In this document: positions 26,913-34,961 of the stretch, one piece after another | How the letters are laid out: each line of letters starts with the position of its first letter | Position numbering within the stretch: position 1 is the stretch's first letter | DNA from: Acidimicrobiia bacterium | GTDB taxonomy: Bacteria > Actinomycetota > Acidimicrobiia > Acidimicrobiales > JAHEJN01 | Direction: 5' to 3' | Length of the DNA: 34,961 nucleotides | Assembly (NCBI GenBank): GCA_963854565.1 | Contig: CAWKZT010000003.1 | Span: 1-34,961, forward strand | Made by a program: the position numbers and the translations under genes | The notes under the pieces: generated by a model | What the model was told of the DNA's origin: nothing | Databases searched by the model: none | The model's input: the letters and a program-made list of their open reading frames with translations, nothing else

Positions 26913-27740
26913 TTAGCCGATAGGTCGATCAGGATCTGCTCCCCACTCGGACCAACTCCCGGTGTACAACTGGACGTTGGTATGGCCGAGCAGACGGAGG
27001 GCTAACAAGTCGGCGCTCGCACTTACGCCAGACCCGCAGTAGACCACAACGGGTTGATCGGGATCATCAATCCCAACCTTGGCGTAGGCCGATGCCAGTT
27101 GACTCGTAGTTTTAAAATCCGTAGTCCCGTCCACGAAATTTTCGGTATTGGGCACGTTAACCGCGCCCGGCACATGTCCAAATCGAGCATCAACACGAAA
27201 AGGCTCGCCCGAATAACGACTGGCCGAACGAGCATCAACAACAACGACTTCCTTCGAACGCCCAGCAACTTGGTCGGCAGTGACAAATCGTGTAGACGGA
27301 AACGATTGCTCGGTAAATACGGCCGGCTCAATACGTCGCGTTGGCCCTACCTGGAGAGGTTCGGTCCAGGCATCAATTCCACCCGCCAACACCGATGCAC
27401 CACGGCCCAGAGCATCAAGCATCCACCAAAGCCGACCGGCAACCACCCCACCACAGTCGTCGTACACAACGACGTGGCTGTTGTCACCGATTCCGAGATT
27501 ACTCATGGCTGCAGCAAAGCTAGATGCGGTCGGTAGAGGGTGACGGCCAGCCTTACTTGCCGGAGCTGAAATGTCGACATCGAGGTCGGCAAACACAGCG
27601 CCCGCAATATGGCCAGCCTCGTACACGCCCCGGGCGTCGGTGCCATCGAGATACCAACGACTATCGACGATGACAAGATCCGGATCGCTTTGGTGCGCCG
27701 CTAGCCAATCGACGCTGACTAAGGGATTAGTTGAGGTCAT
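26913..27740 (-). CDS. sseA: Tandem-domain sulfurtransferase (rhodanese / 3-mercaptopyruvate sulfurtransferase SseA-like)
   Basis: GHIAGA, GRHPLP, RLWW, active-site loop YCGSGVSA and YTGSWSEW. Confidence 0.9.
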   Translation of the reverse strand: MTSTNPLVSVDWLAAHQSDPDLVIVDSRWYLDGTDARGVYEAGHIAGAVFADLDVDISAPASKAGRHPLPTASSFAAAMSNLGIGDNSHVVVYDDCGGVVAGRLWWMLDALGRGASVLAGGIDAWTEPLQVGPTRRIEPAVFTEQSFPSTRFVTADQVAGRSKEVVVVDARSASRYSGEPFRVDARFGHVPGAVNVPNTENFVDGTTDFKTTSQLASAYAKVGIDDPDQPVVVYCGSGVSASADLLALRLLGHTNVQLYTGSWSEWGADPDRPIG

Positions 27741-27752
27741 CGCAATCTCCGG

Positions 27753-30700
27753 TTAGGTGCTGGATTGACTATCGACACTAGCCATAACTTGGGACGCCTC
27801 AGCCATGGCCCCGGCGAGGTCGTCTAGCCACACTTCGCTTGCTTCTTTCGGGTCACAAAACACAAACACTGCCCCGTGCACGGTCTGGCCCGACGCCGCT
27901 TCGATGGCGAGCGCGTAGGCCCCCAACTGCAAGCGATACCGCTGCACCTTGGCCTGGAGTTCGGCGGCGTCGGCGACCAGGTCGGTCTTGTAGTCGACAA
28001 TCACTAACCCATCGGGACCATCGACCAACACATCGATATACCCCTCGAGAAGTTGACCACCGATAGGTGCCGCTACGAACACTTCTTTCCAATACTTGCT
28101 TGCCGTCGCCGCGCGAACTACCGGGCTTTGAAGCGCGGACAATGCTAGCTGGGTGATGAGTTCGACATGGGCTTCGACCCCCTCACGACCAGCATGCACC
28201 GCTGCCAAAGCGGCAACCGCTTGGGGCTGATCGAGGCTGACGTCCTGCAGAACCCCGTGCACGGCACTACCAATGCGGATTCCGTCTGGACCTCGCGTAG
28301 ACCCGAATCCCGGCCGTGCCCCTTCGGAGACGCCCATGGTGGCCCGTGTGGCTATCGCCGTGGCAGAGGTCACCCGGGGTCGTTGAGCCGCGAGCAGCAC
28401 TTCGTTGCGTTCTTGGGCCCACTGTTGATGCGGGATCATTGGTTCTTGGGCCGGGCTCTGTTGAACGACCGCTCCCGTGCGGCGAACCTCGGGTAGCGCT
28501 TGCCATTGCGTAAACTCTGACGCGCCCCAGAGCATCTCGGCGTTAGTGGGTTGCGCCTTGCTTGTTTCCTTGCGTTGTAACCGACAGCACGACACCACAA
28601 GGTGATCGACGGCTCGGGTGCATGCAACATAAAGCAACCGGAGTCGCTCGTGATCCTCCATTTGTTCGTCAATTGGGGCGAATCGATCAAACTCGTCGGT
28701 CGCAAGTTGCTTGTTGATACGAATGCCGAAACGGTCTGAGTCAGGCGGAAACACAACCTGCACACCCTTTGCGCCGGTGACCGAACGGGAGGTCATTCCA
28801 CTCACGATGGCAATCGGAAATTCGAGGCCCTTCGCGGCGTGAATAGTCATAATGCGTACGGCATCGTCGTCGGTTTCGGGAAGCACTGTCTCGGTGACCC
28901 GACTGCCGTCGGCCGCCTGCATTGCTACCCACACCAAGTAGTCGCGCAGTGACCCGGCCGCCGCGGACACATACGCTCGGGCATGGTCGGCCACGAAACG
29001 GTACCGACGCCAAATGTCGCGCGGGCGGCCCTGGGCCAGGGCCAACTCGTACAACCCTCGCTCGCGAGTGACCCGTTCAATGAGTTGCGGCGGCGACAAC
29101 CACACACGCTCACGATGCATCGCCCCAAGCCAACGCATGGATTCGGCCACCGGATCGTCGGGATCGAGGGTGTCGGGCAGATCAAGTTGATGATTCCATG
29201 AACCGCCGTGATCAACCTTGAAGCGGTACAGATCGTCGTCACCACAACCAAATACCGCTGATCGCAAGGCCGTAGTGAGCGCGAGTTCGTCGGTGGGGTC
29301 ATCAATGGCTCGTAGCACAGTCAGCAGATCTCTGACCTCGGGTGACTTGTACAACAGAGCACTGGACTCGGCGCGGAACGGAACCTCTGCATCATCAAAA
29401 GCCTGCTCGAGGTAGCTGAGCGACGTGCGCGTAGGCAGCAGGACGCAGATGTCACCCAGGCGGGCAGGGCGGTGACCCTCACCGTCGCGCACTTGCCAGC
29501 CATCAGCTAAAACGGTCTGCACCGTGGCCACGATCTCGGCGGCCTCAAAACGGGCAACATCAGGTGCTTTGCCCTCGGTGAGAGGATCGGGCCCAAGCAA
29601 AGTCACCGCCGGGCCAGAGGGCTGATCGTCGCGAGCGGCTTGCAACACCTGATAGGCAGGCTGCGACCCGGGTTCGTGTTGGATCAGCAGTCCGAATACT
29701 TTGTTAACCCAATCGACGACACCAGCGGTGGACCGGAAATTCGTGACCAGATTGCGAATCGGTTGACCAAACTGCTCAGCAGCGGCGAGATAGAGCCGTA
29801 TGTCAGCGCGACGGAACCGGTAGATCGATTGTTTGGGGTCGCCCACGAAGAACACGCGCCCTGGGTCGGGGGTGAATTGGATCCAGTCGAGGACTCCGTC
29901 GCCTTCATGCGGCGTGGCTGCTAACAGCAACGCCAACTCAATTTGGATTGGATCAGTGTCCTGAAACTCATCGAGCAAAAGCCGTTGATACCTGTCTCGA
30001 AGCCGCTCGCGAACACCCAGACCCGTGTCGGGGTCGACGAGCATCCGCCGGGCAAATACCAGCAAATCGTGAAACTCAAGGCGACCTTGGCTTCGTCGTG
30101 CTTGCGCAGCTTCAAGTGTCTGGGTAGCCATGTGCGACGCAAGATTGAGTACCGCTGCCTGGGCAATTTCGGAACGAAGAAGAACGACGAGCTCTTGGGT
30201 GGCCGCTACCTGCTCGCGAATGTCCTCCAGTAAACCGTCCCAGTTGCCCGCTTTGCCCGTCTTCCGACGCCCAGTATCGAAACCGAAAAGGAGACGGAAC
30301 TGTTGCAGTTCGTCGTCGACCCCCCGGAGTTCACGAGCGAACGCACTGAACCCGGCCAACTTGATGAACATCTTGTCATCGCCGTCCGCACAAAAATCGC
30401 ACAGCCGATCAAGCGCATCGATCCGCTCGAACACTTCGCGAAGGTCCAAGGCTGGCACCGGTTGAGGCGCAAGGTCAACGCGCTCTTCCACCATGTCCCA
30501 GCTTTGATCAAACAGACGGGCAATCGCCTTGAGATGACTCATCGAAATTTCGGCAGCGGTGGAAAAAAGTAAGGCCCGCTCGGCCGCTGGATCGTCGAAC
30601 AGCGTGTCGGTGAAAATACGCCAGCGATCCTCGAACTCGAGTTGACTGCCGATTTCATCCAGAACTTCTAGACCCGGGGGCAACTTAGCTTCGATGGGAT

Positions 30701-31052
30701 GCTCCGCTAACAGGCGTTGGGCAAAGGCATGCAACGTAGAAATCGGCGCCCCATCAAGATCGGCAATCGCCGCATGGATGAGCTCGGCCTGGTGCTTGGT
30801 CGGTGCCGGACCATTGGGGCCGTTTTTGAGCGTGTCCACCAACCGAAGCCGTATTCGGGTTCGAAGTTCAGCAGCAGCCTTTTCGGTAAAAGTAATGGCC
30901 GCAATCGAATGTAAAGGGATGCCGCTCAAGACGAGCGCAACAATTCGATCGACCAATGATCGCGTCTTGCCCGACCCAGCGCCCGCCTCGACGAACAGGG
31001 TTTGGTCGAGCTGTTGCGCGATGTCGTCGCGTGCCGGTTGGTCAATCAGCAC
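27753..31052 (-). CDS. UvrD-family helicase with C-terminal RecB-type nuclease (AddA/AdnB-like)
   Basis: AGAGSGKT, TFTEKAA, DEFQD, VGDPKQSIYRFR, NFRS, TIHAAKGLEF and YVACTRA. Nuclease motifs GYID, DYKT and QLGAY. Confidence 0.93.
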   Translation of the reverse strand: MLIDQPARDDIAQQLDQTLFVEAGAGSGKTRSLVDRIVALVLSGIPLHSIAAITFTEKAAAELRTRIRLRLVDTLKNGPNGPAPTKHQAELIHAAIADLDGAPISTLHAFAQRLLAEHPIEAKLPPGLEVLDEIGSQLEFEDRWRIFTDTLFDDPAAERALLFSTAAEISMSHLKAIARLFDQSWDMVEERVDLAPQPVPALDLREVFERIDALDRLCDFCADGDDKMFIKLAGFSAFARELRGVDDELQQFRLLFGFDTGRRKTGKAGNWDGLLEDIREQVAATQELVVLLRSEIAQAAVLNLASHMATQTLEAAQARRSQGRLEFHDLLVFARRMLVDPDTGLGVRERLRDRYQRLLLDEFQDTDPIQIELALLLAATPHEGDGVLDWIQFTPDPGRVFFVGDPKQSIYRFRRADIRLYLAAAEQFGQPIRNLVTNFRSTAGVVDWVNKVFGLLIQHEPGSQPAYQVLQAARDDQPSGPAVTLLGPDPLTEGKAPDVARFEAAEIVATVQTVLADGWQVRDGEGHRPARLGDICVLLPTRTSLSYLEQAFDDAEVPFRAESSALLYKSPEVRDLLTVLRAIDDPTDELALTTALRSAVFGCGDDDLYRFKVDHGGSWNHQLDLPDTLDPDDPVAESMRWLGAMHRERVWLSPPQLIERVTRERGLYELALAQGRPRDIWRRYRFVADHARAYVSAAAGSLRDYLVWVAMQAADGSRVTETVLPETDDDAVRIMTIHAAKGLEFPIAIVSGMTSRSVTGAKGVQVVFPPDSDRFGIRINKQLATDEFDRFAPIDEQMEDHERLRLLYVACTRAVDHLVVSCCRLQRKETSKAQPTNAEMLWGASEFTQWQALPEVRRTGAVVQQSPAQEPMIPHQQWAQERNEVLLAAQRPRVTSATAIATRATMGVSEGARPGFGSTRGPDGIRIGSAVHGVLQDVSLDQPQAVAALAAVHAGREGVEAHVELITQLALSALQSPVVRAATASKYWKEVFVAAPIGGQLLEGYIDVLVDGPDGLVIVDYKTDLVADAAELQAKVQRYRLQLGAYALAIEAASGQTVHGAVFVFCDPKEASEVWLDDLAGAMAEASQVMASVDSQSST

Positions 31053-34000
31053 GGAGCTTCGCTTTCCAACTCCGCGGCCGTCGCCGGATCGGCCAACTGG
31101 AGATAGCTACGGACCTCAGGATTGGCCATCTTGGCCAGCCACTCGCGATAGCGATGTTGAGTTCCGCCGCCATCAGGGTCGCAGTAGTGACAAGAAACGA
31201 ATCTCTGGGCTCGGGACTCGGCCGTGGGATGAGCAATAAACATGCCAGCGGCGATGCCATCGACCATCGTGGTGAAGACATGGTCGAAACGACGCTGCAC
31301 AGCGTCGGTGAGTTGGTAACCAATCAGCTTCTGCTGCGATCCGCGGGTAAACCAATAGGCGCTAAACACCGGCGCATCCGCTTGCCCAACCGCGGCACGC
31401 GCGGCCATGGCGTAGATCGGCAATTGCAACTTGGTCCCACCCTGATCGGGTTCGTCTTCGGACAACTTCTTGAAGGCGTAATCGGAACCGGTCTTGTAAT
31501 CGAGCACCCGGAGACCGCCATCTTCTTGCTGGTCGATGCGGTCAACGCTGCCACGGAATCGAAGGGTGCGCCCGTCCGGCAGACCCCACTGAACCGCAGG
31601 CTGCTCGCCTCCAGACATTCCGAAGCGCAATTCGGATTTAAAAATACGACTTCCTGTTTGCGCCCGCAACATGTTGTCGCCAGCAAGTACCGAGTGCAGT
31701 TGACGCAGCAGGGCCGCTCGATCTTGGTGCCAGAAGATACGTCGACCAGTAAGGCCACGAGACTCGTAGTGGTGGAATTCTTCTTCGGCGAGTTGGGTGA
31801 TCCGTTGCAGGTCGGCGGCTGTCCAACACTCGCCTGGAGTGAGCTGTTCTTCTGTGGGGCGAGCGAGGATCTCGGTAACAAATTTGTCGAGTACCCCGTG
31901 CACAATCTGACCAGCGTCCATAGGGCTGATCGAAAGGCCTTCTTCGGGATCCTCGACCACGTCGACCCGAAGGATGTGACGAAACAAGAACTGGTGCGGG
32001 CAAGAGCCCCACGCTTCGAGACGGGTGGGCGACATTGTCTGGCCGGCCGCTGTCGGGTCGGGAAGGTCGATGTGGGCGAGATTGCCATCGAACCGGGTGA
32101 ATGCGGAACTGCTACGGGCCGCCACTAGCTCGTACCCACGAGCCAAGTTGGGTAGGCGCTCTACAACCGAAGATCCGGGAGCGTCGCCGGGTTGCATGAG
32201 CAGGGCCCGCAGGTTGTATTCGTGGAATGATGCCGGAAAGGGCTGCGCCAAGATTCCCGCTATGTGCGAGTGCGACGAGGTGTGCCAGGCGGCGACTGGC
32301 AACTCGCCGCCATTGAGTTCGGTCTCTCCAAGTGCCTCGGCTGACTTGATCACCCACCGACTTGGCAAGCGCTCGGTGCTCCGACGCAGATCACCACGTG
32401 GCCACACCAACGTGGTGTGATCCGACGACGCCATGATTGCTAACAACCGTCGGTGATCATCGTTGATTTGTTGCGATCGCAATGCCAGTGCCCCACCGAC
32501 CGCGTGGCGTTCGCGGTCCGGCAAAAGTGAATCGTCTCCGGCTCGGCGGGGCAAAACACCTTCGGCTGCGCCCACCACGAAAACTCGTTCCAGACAAAGG
32601 CCAATGGCTGCTCCCAGGTTGGCAACAAGTACACCGCCTCCGAGGTGACCAACATGTCCGACACTGCTAGCAAGTTCTTGTTCAAGCGTGCGGCGCAATA
32701 CTGCGGCAGTAGGTGGTTGGCCGATTCCGTCCAAATTGCTGAGCCCGTTGACAGTGTTGACTATGGCATCGAACGCACGAATCTCGGCTTCGGGCCAACC
32801 TGTTTGGTCGTCACCCAGGTACCAAACAATCAAACGATGAGTCCATCGTGCTGCCTGTTGCCAGGTCTTGAAGGTACGCGGAGCCGTGTCGGCAATGAGG
32901 CGGCCCACAAACCCATTGAGTCCCTCAGCCCATTCGGCTTCACGTTCGTTACGGCGGATCTTCCAGTCCTGGGCCTCTCCAGCTCTTTCTTGCTCCGCGT
33001 CAGCCCTACGGTCGCTGGCGTACCGCTCCAAACGGCTAGCCCAAGAGTCGGCGCCGAGCACCACGCCAGCGGCCCGGCTAACCCGCTCCCATGCCGCGGC
33101 GGGCGCGATCATTCCGTCGTTGCGCACTGGCGCGGAGGTGATCACACCAAGCACCTCGCTACGCCGGTAACTGAAATCAGGCAGCCGTAGCAGGCCAAGC
33201 AGCGTCCGTCCGGCGACGCTTTCCGCCAGTTTTTGCGGAGCTTGCCCATTAACGGGGATACCCGCGGCAGACAACTGCTCGTGCAGCAGTCGGGCATAAG
33301 GGTCAGCCACCGGGTACAGGATGGCCATGGCGTCAAGCGTGACACCTTGACGCATTGCTTCGACCACCATGCGGACGACCGAACGAACCTCTTCGTCAGG
33401 ATCTGACGCGCTGTGCAAATGGTCGGCATGAGGCGGGGATCTGACCGGCAAGGAGTCAGCCACCAGACCTAGCCGCCGCAGCGAATCAGCCACGGCAATA
33501 TCGGCGGAACGTAAGCCAGTAGATCCGGCAATGACACCAACGGAAATCTGCTGATCAAGCCGGCTGAGGAGGCGTGCATACGGCGCCGAAATTGACTGTG
33601 GCAAATAAATAAGGAGGTGGGACAAACCGCCAAGGTTCGCCGTGCCATCGTCCACAGCGCCAACGGCTGCATCAATCACATCGGACTCGTGATACCAGTC
33701 GACAGCTAGCTGACGTTTGACCTGGCGGAAGATGGCCACAACATCGGCGGCCCGCTGACTGGTAGCCGCTAATCGACCAAGGCCCGCCGCGTCCAAATCA
33801 TGTAGTTCGCCACAGGCGGCAACCAGCGTTCGTTCGGTGGCAGGGTGGTCGCGCACCGGCGCAAATACACCAGGATTTTCGGCCAACGCCGCTCGAACAG
33901 CGGCAGCGACCACAGTTGATGTGGCATGCCGGCGATGTAGTGCAACGGACCCCCCCAACTTGTTGGCCAGTTGACTTAAGGTGAGAAAATCGACGTTGAT

Positions 34001-34183
34001 CACGCCACATCGCCCGCCCGATACAACCGTTCGGCCCAACTCGCGGCGAACAGCCACACCAGCCGCGTTACTTGGCACCACCACTGCCACAGGCAGGAAC
34101 GGATCGCCATCTTTGGCTGTGGCGATCTGACGCGCTAACACCTCCCGGGCTGCGACGCCATAGGAGGTGGTGGCTAGTTCCAT
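31046..34183 (-). CDS. Degenerate-helicase / PD-(D/E)XK nuclease partner (AddB/AdnA-like)
   Basis: No Walker A. SPTRLE..CP, GSVDRID, LDYKTG, LQLPIY and CHYC. Overlaps the helicase start. Start moved to ATG 34183 (TAGGGT 7 nt upstream). Confidence 0.88.
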   Translation of the reverse strand: MELATTSYGVAAREVLARQIATAKDGDPFLPVAVVVPSNAAGVAVRRELGRTVVSGGRCGVINVDFLTLSQLANKLGGSVALHRRHATSTVVAAAVRAALAENPGVFAPVRDHPATERTLVAACGELHDLDAAGLGRLAATSQRAADVVAIFRQVKRQLAVDWYHESDVIDAAVGAVDDGTANLGGLSHLLIYLPQSISAPYARLLSRLDQQISVGVIAGSTGLRSADIAVADSLRRLGLVADSLPVRSPPHADHLHSASDPDEEVRSVVRMVVEAMRQGVTLDAMAILYPVADPYARLLHEQLSAAGIPVNGQAPQKLAESVAGRTLLGLLRLPDFSYRRSEVLGVITSAPVRNDGMIAPAAAWERVSRAAGVVLGADSWASRLERYASDRRADAEQERAGEAQDWKIRRNEREAEWAEGLNGFVGRLIADTAPRTFKTWQQAARWTHRLIVWYLGDDQTGWPEAEIRAFDAIVNTVNGLSNLDGIGQPPTAAVLRRTLEQELASSVGHVGHLGGGVLVANLGAAIGLCLERVFVVGAAEGVLPRRAGDDSLLPDRERHAVGGALALRSQQINDDHRRLLAIMASSDHTTLVWPRGDLRRSTERLPSRWVIKSAEALGETELNGGELPVAAWHTSSHSHIAGILAQPFPASFHEYNLRALLMQPGDAPGSSVVERLPNLARGYELVAARSSSAFTRFDGNLAHIDLPDPTAAGQTMSPTRLEAWGSCPHQFLFRHILRVDVVEDPEEGLSISPMDAGQIVHGVLDKFVTEILARPTEEQLTPGECWTAADLQRITQLAEEEFHHYESRGLTGRRIFWHQDRAALLRQLHSVLAGDNMLRAQTGSRIFKSELRFGMSGGEQPAVQWGLPDGRTLRFRGSVDRIDQQEDGGLRVLDYKTGSDYAFKKLSEDEPDQGGTKLQLPIYAMAARAAVGQADAPVFSAYWFTRGSQQKLIGYQLTDAVQRRFDHVFTTMVDGIAAGMFIAHPTAESRAQRFVSCHYCDPDGGGTQHRYREWLAKMANPEVRSYLQLADPATAAELESEAPC

Positions 34184-34240
34184 GTCAAAGACCCTAGACC
34201 CAGGGTGTGACACGATTAGTCGAGGCCCCATGACCCTCGC

Positions 34241-34888
34241 TCAAGCCGGTGACCCCAGACCAAACATGTTTTCGCACCCGTCCAAGCCGTCGATGGTGAT
34301 GTCGTCTCGGCGATTGGCCTGCCATTGCTCTCGAGTAAGTCGCAGCTTGATCTCGGAATCAATGTCGCCATTTCCGTACTCAACCCGGTTTACACCATTG
34401 TGTTGGTAGCCCAACTTTTCCGACACAGCCCGAGATGCATGATTGGTTTCCCGGGCGCTACTTTGCGCAACGAGCGCGCCCAGACCAGCAAAAGCGAATT
34501 GCACCACTGCAGCACGCATCTCCGCTCCAAGGCCGGTGCCTCGATATTCCGGTGCCAGCCAACTTCCCGTCGACACCTCACCCAACTTAGAAAAGTCGTC
34601 CGCCTCAATGCCCTGTAGACCGGCGGGCTCACCGTCAACGAATACACCAAGCGGCAGCACCCACTTTGCTGACTTCCATGAAGCTCTGGCATCCCAGTGA
34701 AATTGGGCAAAGGACTTGCCAAATTCTGGTTCCTGAGTCATTAGCCAGTGACCAAGAAATTTTGCGTCGGGGATCACCTCGCGAGCCAATGCAATCAATG
34801 GCGGAAACTCGGCGTCAACCGGAAGACGCAGCACGAGACGTGGTGTAGTGATCTCCAGGTCAAAGATGGGCCAATAAGGGTGTGCCAT
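34241..34888 (-). CDS. GNAT N-acyltransferase (RimJ/RimL-type, Rv0802c-like)
   Basis: ITTPRLVLR, TGSWL, acyl-CoA loop RGTGLG and NHASRAVSEKLGY. Start ATG 34888 with TACGGT 6 nt upstream. Confidence 0.88.
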   Translation of the reverse strand: MAHPYWPIFDLEITTPRLVLRLPVDAEFPPLIALAREVIPDAKFLGHWLMTQEPEFGKSFAQFHWDARASWKSAKWVLPLGVFVDGEPAGLQGIEADDFSKLGEVSTGSWLAPEYRGTGLGAEMRAAVVQFAFAGLGALVAQSSARETNHASRAVSEKLGYQHNGVNRVEYGNGDIDSEIKLRLTREQWQANRRDDITIDGLDGCENMFGLGSPA

Positions 34889-34961
34889 CTGCAAACCGTA
34901 GTGGATCTACCCCCCACGACCAGCGATTTTCCTCGTAGCGGTGGGCAGTTATCGGGCTCTA

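Noticed and set aside
30956-32128. 390-aa plus-strand ORF, and similar long ORFs at 846-1643, 4785-5426, 20148-20969 and 31324-32088
   Set aside because: These are antisense or alternate-frame shadows of well-supported genes in GC-rich DNA, with no recognisable motifs.
27753-34183. Helicase-nuclease pair as a novel anti-phage system or Cas4 module
   Set aside because: Size, tandem architecture and housekeeping context fit an AddAB/AdnAB-type repair enzyme, and there are no defence-island hallmarks.

Overview
A gene-dense chromosomal window of about 58% GC (by eye). Gene content and the many TANNNT-(5-7 nt)-start-codon promoters suggest an actinobacterium, plausibly Acidimicrobiia (inference). 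It holds about 28 CDSs: an ABC-F plus heterodimeric ABC exporter operon, trmL, engB, three 2OG-Fe(II) oxygenases, an amidase, two MFS transporters, acyl-CoA metabolism genes, a YjjI/YjjW glycyl-radical pair, a two-subunit ADP-forming acyl-CoA ligase, ltaE, an M24B peptidase, a rhodanese, an AddAB/AdnAB-like helicase-nuclease pair and a GNAT. I saw no rRNA, tRNA, CRISPR array, transposase or integrase. Most notable: (1) a perfect 26-bp duplication of the 3' end of the acyl-CoA synthetase gene brackets a DUF3303 mini-cassette and coincides with loss of the yjjI 5' end; (2) a dioxygenase resembling trimethyllysine dioxygenase converges on a threonine aldolase, which would be the first two steps of eukaryote-type carnitine biosynthesis; (3) a GTAG-type REPIN-like doublet lies between those two genes; (4) a membrane protein that is 15% Met with several His lies behind a structured intergenic region. 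Family assignments rest on motif recognition from memory, not database searches.
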